This document shows positions 8,180 through 16,634 of a stretch of 58,929 nt of DNA, one piece after another. Numbering within the stretch: position 1 is the stretch's first letter; every line of letters starts with the position of its first letter. The translations under genes and the position numbers were made by a program. The notes beneath the pieces are model-generated. The model saw only the letters and a list, made by a program, of their open reading frames with translations. It was not told where the DNA came from and made no database searches. Source of the stretch: a bacterium (lineage in GTDB: Bacteria; UBA6262; WVXT01); assembly GCA_046759165.1 (NCBI GenBank), contig JBHIBS010000004.1, forward strand, positions 1-58,929, written 5' to 3'.

Positions 8180-9332
8180 GATGACTTCCAGGGAAAGGGT
8201 TTTAGAAGCTATTGAACATAGAGAACCTGATAGAGTTCCTGTCGATTTCGGCAACCGGTGCTGGACTATAGTGAACGCTCCTCCCTATGGATATAAGGGG
8301 CTCTGTGAATATTTAGATATTTTCGATTATCCTGAACCAAAAATTGTCTATCTTATGAACATTGTGAGTAATGTTGATGAGAGGATATTGAGGAAATTTA
8401 ATGCGGATATAAGAAATTTGGGTGCCGGGGGACTGGGAGTGCAGAGGCTCCCGGATGGGACTCTGAGAGACTTAGACAATCATGGGATTATATATAAACC
8501 TGCTGGCCCATATTTTTCTATTCCCGATGCGCTTGCTCCCTTCAGGAACGCAACCTCAGAGAAAGATATAGAGGAGTATCCATTCTGGTCAAATTATCGA
8601 AATCCTGTATATTTTAAGGGAAAAGAGGAAGAGGCAAGATATGTTCACGAGCATACAGATTATGCGATATCTACCTGGGTTCCAAATATTTTTCACAGGT
8701 ATGCTTTCGTCCGAGGATTCAATAATCTTATGCTGGATATGAGAATAAATTTTGACTTTTTTATAGCACTGGCAAACAAGATTCTCGAAGCTTCGAAGAC
8801 TTTTGCTCGGGAGTTCCTGGGGAGAGTTGGAAAGTATATAGATATTGTCTGTATCGGCGATGATATGGGCACACAGAGCCAGCCATTTATGTCTGTTGAT
8901 GACTTCCGAACATACGTTAAGCCATACTGGGCCCCTCTGGTTAGAGAGATAAAGAAATATACAGAAGCAAAGATTCTCCTCCACTGTTGCGGCTCGATTT
9001 ACCCACTCATAAATGATATTATCGAAGTGGGCTTCGACGTATTGAATCCTATCCAGCCTTTAGCTTATCAGATGGAGCCAGAGAGGCTCAAGAGAGATTT
9101 TGGGGACAGGATAAGCTTCCTGGGGGGGATAGATATTCAGCGGCTTCTGCCTTTCGGGACGCCTCAGGAGGTTAAGGAAGGAGTTAAAAGAGTCATTGGC
9201 ATACTTGCTCCTGGTGGCGGTTACATTCTTGCACCCTCCCACAACATAGAACCAGAGACGCCTCCAGAGAACATTGTGGCAATGTATAAAGCAGCTAAGG
9301 AGCTGGGGACATATCCAATTAAAGGGAGTTAA
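8172..9332 (+). CDS. uroporphyrinogen decarboxylase/MtaA-CmuA family methyltransferase-like protein
   Basis: MTSRERV...EPDRVP, GDDMGTQ, LHCCG, LNPIQP, GGIDIQ, GGGYILAPSHNI; overlaps the corrinoid gene. Confidence 0.88.
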   Translation: MAEMTSRERVLEAIEHREPDRVPVDFGNRCWTIVNAPPYGYKGLCEYLDIFDYPEPKIVYLMNIVSNVDERILRKFNADIRNLGAGGLGVQRLPDGTLRDLDNHGIIYKPAGPYFSIPDALAPFRNATSEKDIEEYPFWSNYRNPVYFKGKEEEARYVHEHTDYAISTWVPNIFHRYAFVRGFNNLMLDMRINFDFFIALANKILEASKTFAREFLGRVGKYIDIVCIGDDMGTQSQPFMSVDDFRTYVKPYWAPLVREIKKYTEAKILLHCCGSIYPLINDIIEVGFDVLNPIQPLAYQMEPERLKRDFGDRISFLGGIDIQRLLPFGTPQEVKEGVKRVIGILAPGGGYILAPSHNIEPETPPENIVAMYKAAKELGTYPIKGS

Positions 9333-9378
9333 TTCTGTTAGATAAATGGCGAATTTGAACGATTGGTCTGTTCTATTT

Positions 9379-9410
9379 AAGCTCTCCTTTCAATGAAGGG
9401 GAGCTTTTTT
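9379..9410 (+). terminator. intrinsic terminator
   Basis: AAGCTCTCCTT-loop-AAGGGGAGCTT followed by a T-run. Confidence 0.75.
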
Positions 9411-9431
9411 GTTAATTCACTTTTTGGGAGG

Positions 9432-10388
9432 ATGGAATTGAAAGGGCATAGGGAGAAAAGAGACCTAATTTCAATCCTGGATTTGACTTCAGACGAGATA
9501 GTAGAGATTCTTCTTTCTGCAAAAGAACTCAAAGAGAGAAAGGAACCTAAAAGCACCCTAAAGGGGAAAGTTCTGGCAATGGTTTTCCAGAAACCTTCTA
9601 CAAGAACAAGAGTCTCCTTTGAAGTAGCAATGTACCAATTGGGTGGATATACCCTATTTTTGAATGTGCAGGACCTCCAGTTGAGTCGTGGAGAAGCGAT
9701 ACGAGATACGGCAAAGACTCTATCTCGATACCTTGATGGGATAGTGGTAAGAGCATATGACCATCGGGATGTCGTAGACTTGGTAAAGGAGAGCACTATT
9801 CCTATAATAAATGGACTAAGTGACCTGTTGCATCCCTGTCAGATATTGGCAGACATATTCACAATAGCTGAGAAAAAGGGAAGACTTTCTCATCTCTCAT
9901 CTAAAAGGTTATCCGGGATAGAAGTTGCTTTTGTTGGTGATGGTAATAACGTAGCCAATTCTTGGATTAATGGGACAGCAAGATTGGGAATGAAATTGGT
10001 TATTTGCACTCCACCGGGATATGAGCCCGATAAGAAGATTCTCGGAGAAGGCGTGAAATTGGCGAAAGCTACCGGGGCAGATATTAAGGTCTCACATACC
10101 ACAGAAGAGGCAGTCAAGAAAGCTGACGTTATTTATACTGATGTCTGGGTAAGTATGGGAATGGAAAAAGAGAGAGAAGAGAGACTCAAGGTATTTAAGC
10201 CCTACCAGGTTAATGGACGACTCATTGGTAAAGCAAAGAAGGATGTCCTGGTTATGCACTGTCTTCCTGCCCACAGGGGAGAAGAGATAACTGATGAAGT
10301 GCTCGATGGACCAAATTCTATTGTTTTTGACCAGGCAGAAAACAGACTCCACGTACAAGAGGCAATATTGGAATTCCTCATGGCATAA
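9432..10388 (+). CDS. argF: ornithine carbamoyltransferase
   Basis: PSTRTR, HPCQ, GDGNNVA, DVWVSMG, HCLPAHRG, QAENRLH; start at ATG 9432 after GGGAGG. Confidence 0.95.
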   Translation: MELKGHREKRDLISILDLTSDEIVEILLSAKELKERKEPKSTLKGKVLAMVFQKPSTRTRVSFEVAMYQLGGYTLFLNVQDLQLSRGEAIRDTAKTLSRYLDGIVVRAYDHRDVVDLVKESTIPIINGLSDLLHPCQILADIFTIAEKKGRLSHLSSKRLSGIEVAFVGDGNNVANSWINGTARLGMKLVICTPPGYEPDKKILGEGVKLAKATGADIKVSHTTEEAVKKADVIYTDVWVSMGMEKEREERLKVFKPYQVNGRLIGKAKKDVLVMHCLPAHRGEEITDEVLDGPNSIVFDQAENRLHVQEAILEFLMA

Positions 10389-10446
10389 TGTGAGATTCGA
10401 TTCATCGAACTCGAGATTGAAAGGAATAGGGAAGCGGTAGGGAAAA

Positions 10447-11361
10447 ATGGGAAAGGCTAAACTGATATATTCAGAGAAATATAGAGTAGACATTGGTGCG
10501 CACGTATTCCCTACCGAAAAGTATGGATTAATTAAAAAGAAATTAATTAAAGAGAGACTATTTGAGGAGTCGGATTTCCTTTCACCACCTATGCCTGATG
10601 AAAAAGACATCTTATCAGTCCATACTGAGGGATATCTCAATAAGCTTAAAGAGGGAAAGTTATCAATGATGGAGATACTCACCATGGAACTTCCCTACTC
10701 ACCAGAACTCCTTGAGGCTTGTCTTCTCTGCGTTGGTGGAACCATCCAAGCTTGCAGAAATGCAATTGAGAGTGGCTTGGGAATACATATTGGCGGCGGA
10801 TTCCACCATGCCTTTCCCGACCACGGAGAAGGGTTCTGCGTGTTGAATGATATAGCCTGCGGGATAAGGCATCTCCAGAGAGCTAAGAAAATAGTGAAAG
10901 CTCTGATTGTTGATTGCGACCTCCATCATGGAAATGGTACAGCCTATATTTTCAGACAGGATAGAAGCGTCTTCACCTTTTCTATTCATCAGGAGAATAA
11001 TTATCCTGCTATCAAGCCTCCCAGCGATCTCGACATAGGACTGACTGATGGCACTGCCGACGAGGAATATTTAGAAAAACTAAGAGAGAATGTTTCAGAG
11101 ATAATAGGTTCTTTTCAGCCAGAACTGATTCTCTTTGTGGCCGGTGCCGACCCGTATGAGAGGGACCAGATTGGAGGCCTTTCATTGACTATGAAGGGAT
11201 TGAAGAGGAGAGATGAACTTGTAATAGGCTGGGCAAAGGATTCAAATATCCCACTCTGCATAGTTTTGGCTGGCGGTTATGCATATGAGATTAGCGATAC
11301 CGTTGCTATTCACTGTAACACAGTAAGAGCCGCGATTAATCTCTTTTCTAAGAAATTGTAA
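10447..11361 (+). CDS. histone deacetylase-family (Zn-dependent) amidohydrolase
   Basis: GGGFHHA, GFCVLND, DCDLHHGNGT, AGADP, LAGGY. Confidence 0.92.
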   Translation: MGKAKLIYSEKYRVDIGAHVFPTEKYGLIKKKLIKERLFEESDFLSPPMPDEKDILSVHTEGYLNKLKEGKLSMMEILTMELPYSPELLEACLLCVGGTIQACRNAIESGLGIHIGGGFHHAFPDHGEGFCVLNDIACGIRHLQRAKKIVKALIVDCDLHHGNGTAYIFRQDRSVFTFSIHQENNYPAIKPPSDLDIGLTDGTADEEYLEKLRENVSEIIGSFQPELILFVAGADPYERDQIGGLSLTMKGLKRRDELVIGWAKDSNIPLCIVLAGGYAYEISDTVAIHCNTVRAAINLFSKKL

Positions 11362-11432
11362 GAGACGATAATGCAAATTAAAAGGAAGGCAAAGCTTAGG
11401 TTCTGCTAAAGGGGAAGTGATTGAAGGAAATA

Positions 11433-11739
11433 ATGGAGACCCGCTACGCTCGCCTGAGAGATGCTGACAAGCAGATTGAATCATTTAGTTTTCAGAAGGT
11501 TTCCGGAAGGGTAGTGATTGCGCTATTGGATTTGGCTGAAAAGCGCTGTGTCCAGACAGAGAAAAGGGATAAAGATTGATATGGAATTAACTCACCAGGA
11601 ACTTGCTGAAATGGTGGGAACTGCAAGGGAAGTGGTGAGTAGGATATTGAACGATTTCAGGAAGACCAATTGCATCGAGATTGAAAAACACCATACAAAG
11701 ATAACTCATAAAGCAGGATTGAAGATGATGCTCTACTGA
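11433..11739 (+). pseudogene. truncated, frameshifted CRP/FNR-family regulator
   Basis: One frame gives RLRDADKQIESFSFQKVSGRVVIALLDLAEK; after an extra A at 11562-65 another gives GIKIDMELTHQELAEMVGTAREVVSRIL (CRP HTH); sensor domain absent, stops upstream. Confidence 0.8.
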
Positions 11740-11771
11740 GGTTCTTACGGAGCTTGAGTTTAGACTCTTTT

Positions 11772-11814
11772 TGTGACTTTAGTTACTGACAGATTTCAAT
11801 TCTTTTGGTATAAT
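11772..11814 (+). promoter_or_regulatory. promoter with CRP/FNR-like box at the class II position
   Basis: TGTGA-N6-TTACT (11772-87) overlapping CTGACA (11786-91), 17-nt spacer, TGn-TATAAT (11809-14). Confidence 0.55.
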
Positions 11815-11952
11815 AAAGGGCGGATATGGTAAGTGGTGGAGTAAATTTAGATCCGCCCTAATTTTTTGTGGCTAAAACCATATACAAATTGTAGCTCCAG
11901 TCACTGGAATATTGTAATATTCGCATTATACTTAATATTAAAAAGGGACAGA

Positions 11953-12951
11953 ATGGAAAGAAAAAGCGAGCTAATTGGCTTATTCCCGCTATCTGCTATC
12001 TTCCTTCTCTTATTTGTATCTCCAAGCTCAGCAGGAATCTTCTCCAGAGAGAGGGCAGGCACAACTGGAGCAACTTTCTTGAAGATTGAGGTAGGTGCGC
12101 GTCCTGTAGCAATGGGAGGCGCCTTTGTAGCTGTAGCCGATGATGCCAATACTACTTACTGGAATCCCGCTGGACTGGCTCAGCTGGAGGAGAGGGAAAT
12201 TACTGCTATGCACAATGAGTGGCTAGAGGATATAAGGTACGAATTTTTGGGATTTGTACAGCCGATCAAATCGGAAAGAGGAGCCCGGGGATTTGGAGTC
12301 GGTGTGATGTGCCTTTATACGAGTGGTCTTGAAGAGAGAACCGGTGAGACCATAGAGCCGGAGGGAACTTTTGGAGCATACGATATTGCTGTGGCAGGAG
12401 CTTATGCCTGGAAAGTTAGCAAGGTAGTCTCCATCGGCGTCAATGTGAAAGTAATCCACCAGAAGATAGAAAACGAGAAAGCGTGGAGTGGAGCAGTAGA
12501 TATTGGGCTACTCTATAGACCCCCTGCTCCGAGACGAGGATTTTCGAGAGGAAGATTCCAGTTGGGATTTGCAGTGCAGAATATCGGTCCAGAGATAAAG
12601 TTTATTGAAGAAAGCGACCCATTGCCTCTTAATATAAAAGCAGGTATAGCTAAGACTTTTGAACTGAGTTCAATTAAGTCCAAGGTCACTTTAGCACTTG
12701 ATGTGAATGCTCCCATAGATAATGTTCCTAATGGACATCTTGGTGCTGAGTTCGTTTACAGGAAGATGAAGGATACTGAACTTGCCGGAAGGATAGGATA
12801 TAAGACCAATACCATTAAGGACCTGAATGCCTTGTCGGGACTTTCGGCAGGAGTGGGATTTGTATGGAAGAGGATGGCAGTAGACTATGTCTGGGTTCCG
12901 TACGGAGATTTAGGAAATACCCATCGCATCTCCTTGACTATAAAGATGTAA
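11953..12951 (+). CDS. PorV/PorQ-family (UPF0164-like) outer-membrane beta-barrel protein
   Basis: Signal peptide; FLKIEVGARPVAMGGAFVAVADDA..YWNPAGL; C-terminal DYVWVPYGDLGNTHRISL. Confidence 0.85.
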   Translation: MERKSELIGLFPLSAIFLLLFVSPSSAGIFSRERAGTTGATFLKIEVGARPVAMGGAFVAVADDANTTYWNPAGLAQLEEREITAMHNEWLEDIRYEFLGFVQPIKSERGARGFGVGVMCLYTSGLEERTGETIEPEGTFGAYDIAVAGAYAWKVSKVVSIGVNVKVIHQKIENEKAWSGAVDIGLLYRPPAPRRGFSRGRFQLGFAVQNIGPEIKFIEESDPLPLNIKAGIAKTFELSSIKSKVTLALDVNAPIDNVPNGHLGAEFVYRKMKDTELAGRIGYKTNTIKDLNALSGLSAGVGFVWKRMAVDYVWVPYGDLGNTHRISLTIKM

Positions 12952-13069
12952 TCCGGTTTTGGTGATTGGAGAGATGAGAAGGTTCACCTTATTTTCAATT
13001 TTAGTATTTTTTTGGTTCTCTGCACAGAGATGGCAATTGCTAAAGAGGAAACTCGGTTAAGGTGGAAAA

Positions 13070-14374
13070 GTGAAAAGGTTGTTTAGTTTTAAAGGAGGAG
13101 TCCACCCTCCATACTTTAAAGAGGTTACTTCTGGCCAGCCCTTAAGAAGGGTATCTCTGCCTAAGAAAGTGGTGATCCCCCTCTCTCAGCATACGGGTAA
13201 ACCGGCAAGACCGGTAGTGAAAGTCGGCGATGAAGTCAAGACAGGACAACTCATTGGTGAAAGTGACGGGTTCATCTCCTTGCCTGTTCATTGTAGTCTC
13301 TCCGGGAAAGTCCTTGATATCAGACCCTGGCCTCACCCATTGGGTCACACCGAGCTTTCGGTTATAGTCGAATCTGATGGAAGAGATGAATGGATAAGTG
13401 ATTCAACAGGTCATGAAGATTATTTTCGCTTCTCTCCTGAGGAACTAAGAGAAGTTATTAAGAGAGCTGGAATAGCTGGATTGGGAGGAGCGGCTTTTCC
13501 TACTCATGTAAAGCTCACCCCGCCGGAAAATTGCGAGATTGATACGGTGATATTGAATGGTTGTGAGTGTGAGCCGTATCTGACTTGTGACCATAGGTTG
13601 ATGCTCGAATACCCTCCAGAAATACTCGAAGGACTCAAGATAATTATGCAAACGGTCGATGCCCATCGAGGAATTGTGGGAGTAGAAGCCAATAAAACTG
13701 ATGCCATTTCTCTTTTGGAAAAGGAGATAAGGCGAGAACCCGCTATAGATTTAGCAGTGCTCAAGGTGAAATATCCTCAAGGTGCGGAAAAACATTTAAT
13801 TGATGCTATTTTAAAGAGAAGAGTTCCTCCAGGTAAACTGCCGCTCGATGTTGGAGTAGTGGTTGATAATGTGGGGACAGCCTTTGCCGTAAGGCAAGCG
13901 GTCAAAAGAGGGATTCCGCTAATTGAGAGGGCTATTACAGTCACTGGTTCAGGCATTAAACAACCACAAAATTTGTGGGTTCGTTTGGGGACACTATTTG
14001 CGGATGTAGTCTCCCAGTGCGGGGGACTGGAGGGAAATCCAGAGAAGATAATTGCTGGTGGTCCTATGATGGGGATAGCCCAGTATACTCTTGATGTTCC
14101 ATCAATTAAGAGTACTTCTGGCATACTAATATTAAGTGAAGCTGAAACTTTTCCTGAAGGGGACTGTATACGTTGCGGCAAATGTATTGATGCATGTCCT
14201 GTGAACCTAATGCCTACGGTGATAGCCCAACACGTGAAGCACAAGGATTGGGCGAGTGTAAGAAAATACAATCCGTTCGACTGTACGGAATGCGGGTCTT
14301 GTGCTTATGTGTGCCCGGGGAAGATTCCGCTGGTTCAGTATATTAAGTGGGGGAAGGAAGAAGTAAGGGATTAA
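13070..14374 (+). CDS. rnfC: Rnf electron transport complex subunit C
   Basis: FKGGVHP, GLGGAAFPTHVK, NGCECEPYLTCD, KYPQGAEK, GGPMMG, two 4Fe-4S motifs. Confidence 0.95.
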   Translation: MKRLFSFKGGVHPPYFKEVTSGQPLRRVSLPKKVVIPLSQHTGKPARPVVKVGDEVKTGQLIGESDGFISLPVHCSLSGKVLDIRPWPHPLGHTELSVIVESDGRDEWISDSTGHEDYFRFSPEELREVIKRAGIAGLGGAAFPTHVKLTPPENCEIDTVILNGCECEPYLTCDHRLMLEYPPEILEGLKIIMQTVDAHRGIVGVEANKTDAISLLEKEIRREPAIDLAVLKVKYPQGAEKHLIDAILKRRVPPGKLPLDVGVVVDNVGTAFAVRQAVKRGIPLIERAITVTGSGIKQPQNLWVRLGTLFADVVSQCGGLEGNPEKIIAGGPMMGIAQYTLDVPSIKSTSGILILSEAETFPEGDCIRCGKCIDACPVNLMPTVIAQHVKHKDWASVRKYNPFDCTECGSCAYVCPGKIPLVQYIKWGKEEVRD

Positions 14375-14521
14375 AAGATAGTTTGTTCATCGCAAGGGAA
14401 TCTCTTGACGCCAAAAACTTCGGACTCTACAGGGCGCTACACCAAATTCCCTCGCGTTAGGGAATATTTTGCCCTTGTTTTTGGCCAAAATTCCAAAAAC
14501 TTTTCACAAACTGTCTTTTAA
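14371..14521. mobile_element. MITE-like element, family A
   Basis: TIR TTAAAAGATAGTTTGT / ACAAACTGTCTTTTAA (15/16); 5' part homologous to the 16405 and 38021 copies; overlaps the rnfC stop. Confidence 0.75.
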
Positions 14522-14527
14522 ATGGTG

Positions 14528-14550
14528 GTAGTGGCAGAGCGAAACTCTGC
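14528..14550 (+). repeat. GTAG-tagged palindrome
   Basis: GTAG-TG-GCAGAG-CGAAA-CTCTGC. Confidence 0.45.
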
Positions 14551-14564
14551 TTTATAGAGGAAAA

Positions 14565-15491
14565 ATGGAAGAAATTATCTCTCAGAGGTTAGTCGTTTCT
14601 GTTTCCCCACATATCAGAGCAAGGGAAGATGTCAGAACGATAATGTCTGACGTGGTCCTTGCGCTTTCTCCGGCTTTAGTTGCCTCCATTATATTTTTTG
14701 GACGGCGGGCACTTCTTATTGTTTCAGTAAGCATCTTCTTTTCTGTAGCAAGCGAGCTTTTCTGGCAGAGGCTATGGAGAAAGAAGATTACAGTTGTAGA
14801 CCTAAGCTCTGTTGTTACTGGAATGCTTTTAGCTTTTGTCTTACCTCCCTCTTCTCCTCTCTGGATCGTGGCAATAGGTGCATTTGTTGCAATTATTTTG
14901 GGAAAGCAGATTTTTGGAGGGTTGGGATACAATCCATTCAATCCGGCACTGGTGGCGCGGGCTGTCTTATTAGCTTCTTGGCCGGTCTATATGACTACGT
15001 GGACAAGACCCTTTGATGGGGTGACAACTGCTTCACCTCTGGGAATAGTGAAGATGGAGTTAGACCAGAAGTTGCCATCATATTTAGAGATGTTTTTAGG
15101 TAACAGAGCCGGCTGTTTAGGTGAAATTTCTGTTTTAGCTTTGTTAGTTGGAGCAGCATACCTTCTATATAGGAAGCAAATTACCTGGCACATTCCAGTA
15201 AGTTATATTGGAACGGTTGGTTTAGTCTGTCTTCTCCTTAAGAGAGATCCCTTGTTCAACATCATGGCTGGCGGCCTTATTCTGGGGGCTTTCTTTATGG
15301 CTACGGATATGGTTACCTCGCCTTTAACTAGGAGGGGTAAGCTGGTATTCGGTGTAGGTTGCGGGCTCCTAACTGTATTAATTCGCTTCACCGGAGGGTT
15401 TCCTGAAGGAGTCTGTTATTCTATTCTGATTATGAATATGTTAACTCCTATAATTGATAAAATTACTGAACCAAAAGTCTTCGGTAGTTGA
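14565..15491 (+). CDS. rnfD: Rnf subunit D
   Basis: SPHIR, KQIFGGLGYNPFNPA, DGVTTASPL (FMN site), FFMATD..TSP, PEGVCYSILIMN. Confidence 0.95.
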   Translation: MEEIISQRLVVSVSPHIRAREDVRTIMSDVVLALSPALVASIIFFGRRALLIVSVSIFFSVASELFWQRLWRKKITVVDLSSVVTGMLLAFVLPPSSPLWIVAIGAFVAIILGKQIFGGLGYNPFNPALVARAVLLASWPVYMTTWTRPFDGVTTASPLGIVKMELDQKLPSYLEMFLGNRAGCLGEISVLALLVGAAYLLYRKQITWHIPVSYIGTVGLVCLLLKRDPLFNIMAGGLILGAFFMATDMVTSPLTRRGKLVFGVGCGLLTVLIRFTGGFPEGVCYSILIMNMLTPIIDKITEPKVFGS

Positions 15492-15567
15492 AGCAGCAGA
15501 TACAGGGTACTGTAAACAGTACCAAACTAAGGTTTTGACGTAATTCATAATTATTGCGGGATTTCCG

Positions 15568-16401
15568 ATGAAAAAAATTATAATGAGGGGTTTACTACTA
15601 ACAGTTGTGGCATCTTTAGCAGCCTGGGGGCTTAGTCTCACTTATAAGAACACAAAACCAAGAATAGATGCTTACGCTGTACAGCAGGCAAGGAAAGCTC
15701 GGAAAGAAGTTCTACCTGAGGCAGTCGAGTTCGAGCTTGTAAGTATTGGGGAACAGGACTGCTTTATTGGATATGATGAGAAAAGAGAGCGTGTTGGAGT
15801 GACTATAGAGACCAAGATACAGGGTTATGCTGGAACAATAGAAATGATCATGGGATTCAATATGAAGGGAGAGATAGCAGGGCTAAAAATATTGAACCAG
15901 ATTGAGACCCCTGGATTGGGGTCTAAGATTATGGAGGATTGGTTTAGTAAACAATTTATTAAACTGAAAGAGGAGGATTTGAATTTTAGAAAGGAAGATC
16001 CCAAAGGAAAAATAGAAGCAATTACGGCAGCAACTATTTCTTCCCGTGCAGTACTCGAGGGAGCAAAGAAACTGTTCGGTTTATATGGGGACTTCTTGAT
16101 ATACATAGAGAAAATAGAGATTCTCAAATATGTCGGAGATGGGAACTACACTGGCGAAGGGAGGGGTTTTAGTGGGCCGATCAGGGTGGGAGTTACTGTG
16201 CAAAATCACCGAATAGTAAAGATAATTATTTTGGAGCAACAAGAGGTAGTAGAATACTGGTCTAAGGTTAGAGTGAAGATGCCTCAGGAAATACTGGAAA
16301 AGCAGAATATTGATGTGGATGTGGTTAGTGGAGCGACTTATTCCAGTAAAGGATTGATTGAGGCGGTAACTAATGCTCTGGAGAAAGGGATGGAGAGGTG
16401 A
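15568..16401 (+). CDS. rnfG: Rnf subunit G with a second C-terminal FMN-binding domain
   Basis: N-terminal TM, GYAG, ETPGLG, EAITAATISS; second domain DGNYTGEGRGFSG...DVVSGATYSS. Confidence 0.88.
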   Translation: MKKIIMRGLLLTVVASLAAWGLSLTYKNTKPRIDAYAVQQARKARKEVLPEAVEFELVSIGEQDCFIGYDEKRERVGVTIETKIQGYAGTIEMIMGFNMKGEIAGLKILNQIETPGLGSKIMEDWFSKQFIKLKEEDLNFRKEDPKGKIEAITAATISSRAVLEGAKKLFGLYGDFLIYIEKIEILKYVGDGNYTGEGRGFSGPIRVGVTVQNHRIVKIIILEQQEVVEYWSKVRVKMPQEILEKQNIDVDVVSGATYSSKGLIEAVTNALEKGMER

Positions 16402-16404
16402 AAT

Positions 16405-16594
16405 ATTTGAAAGATAGTTTGTTCATCGCTCGGGAATTTCTTAACGCCAAAAAGTTTGGAGTCCCCGATAAAATCGGGGGATGTATTTCACCTCGCTTTC
16501 GCAAGGACTCCAGAATTTTGGAATCCTCCCGAAAGGGAGGAAAAAACCTCCGATTTCATTGGAGGACTCCATATCACAAACATATCTTTCAAAT
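16405..16594. mobile_element. MITE-like element, family A, carrying four GGAG-tagged hairpins
   Basis: TIR ATTTGAAAGATAGTTTGT...ACAAACATATCTTTCAAAT; 5' homology to the 14371 and 38021 copies. Confidence 0.75.
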
Positions 16595-16634
16595 GTCAGT
16601 TGAGAAAAAGTGACTGGGAAGATGGAGAGATGAA

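Noticed and set aside
8172-9332. Calling the gene hemE
   Set aside because: The HCCG metal motif and the corrinoid-protein neighbour point to the methyltransferase-like branch.
11953-12951. Type IX secretion system
   Set aside because: Only a PorV-like barrel; no other T9SS components in the window.
16398-16613. 71-aa ORF overlapping the rnfG stop
   Set aside because: Almost entirely MITE sequence; no protein-like motif.
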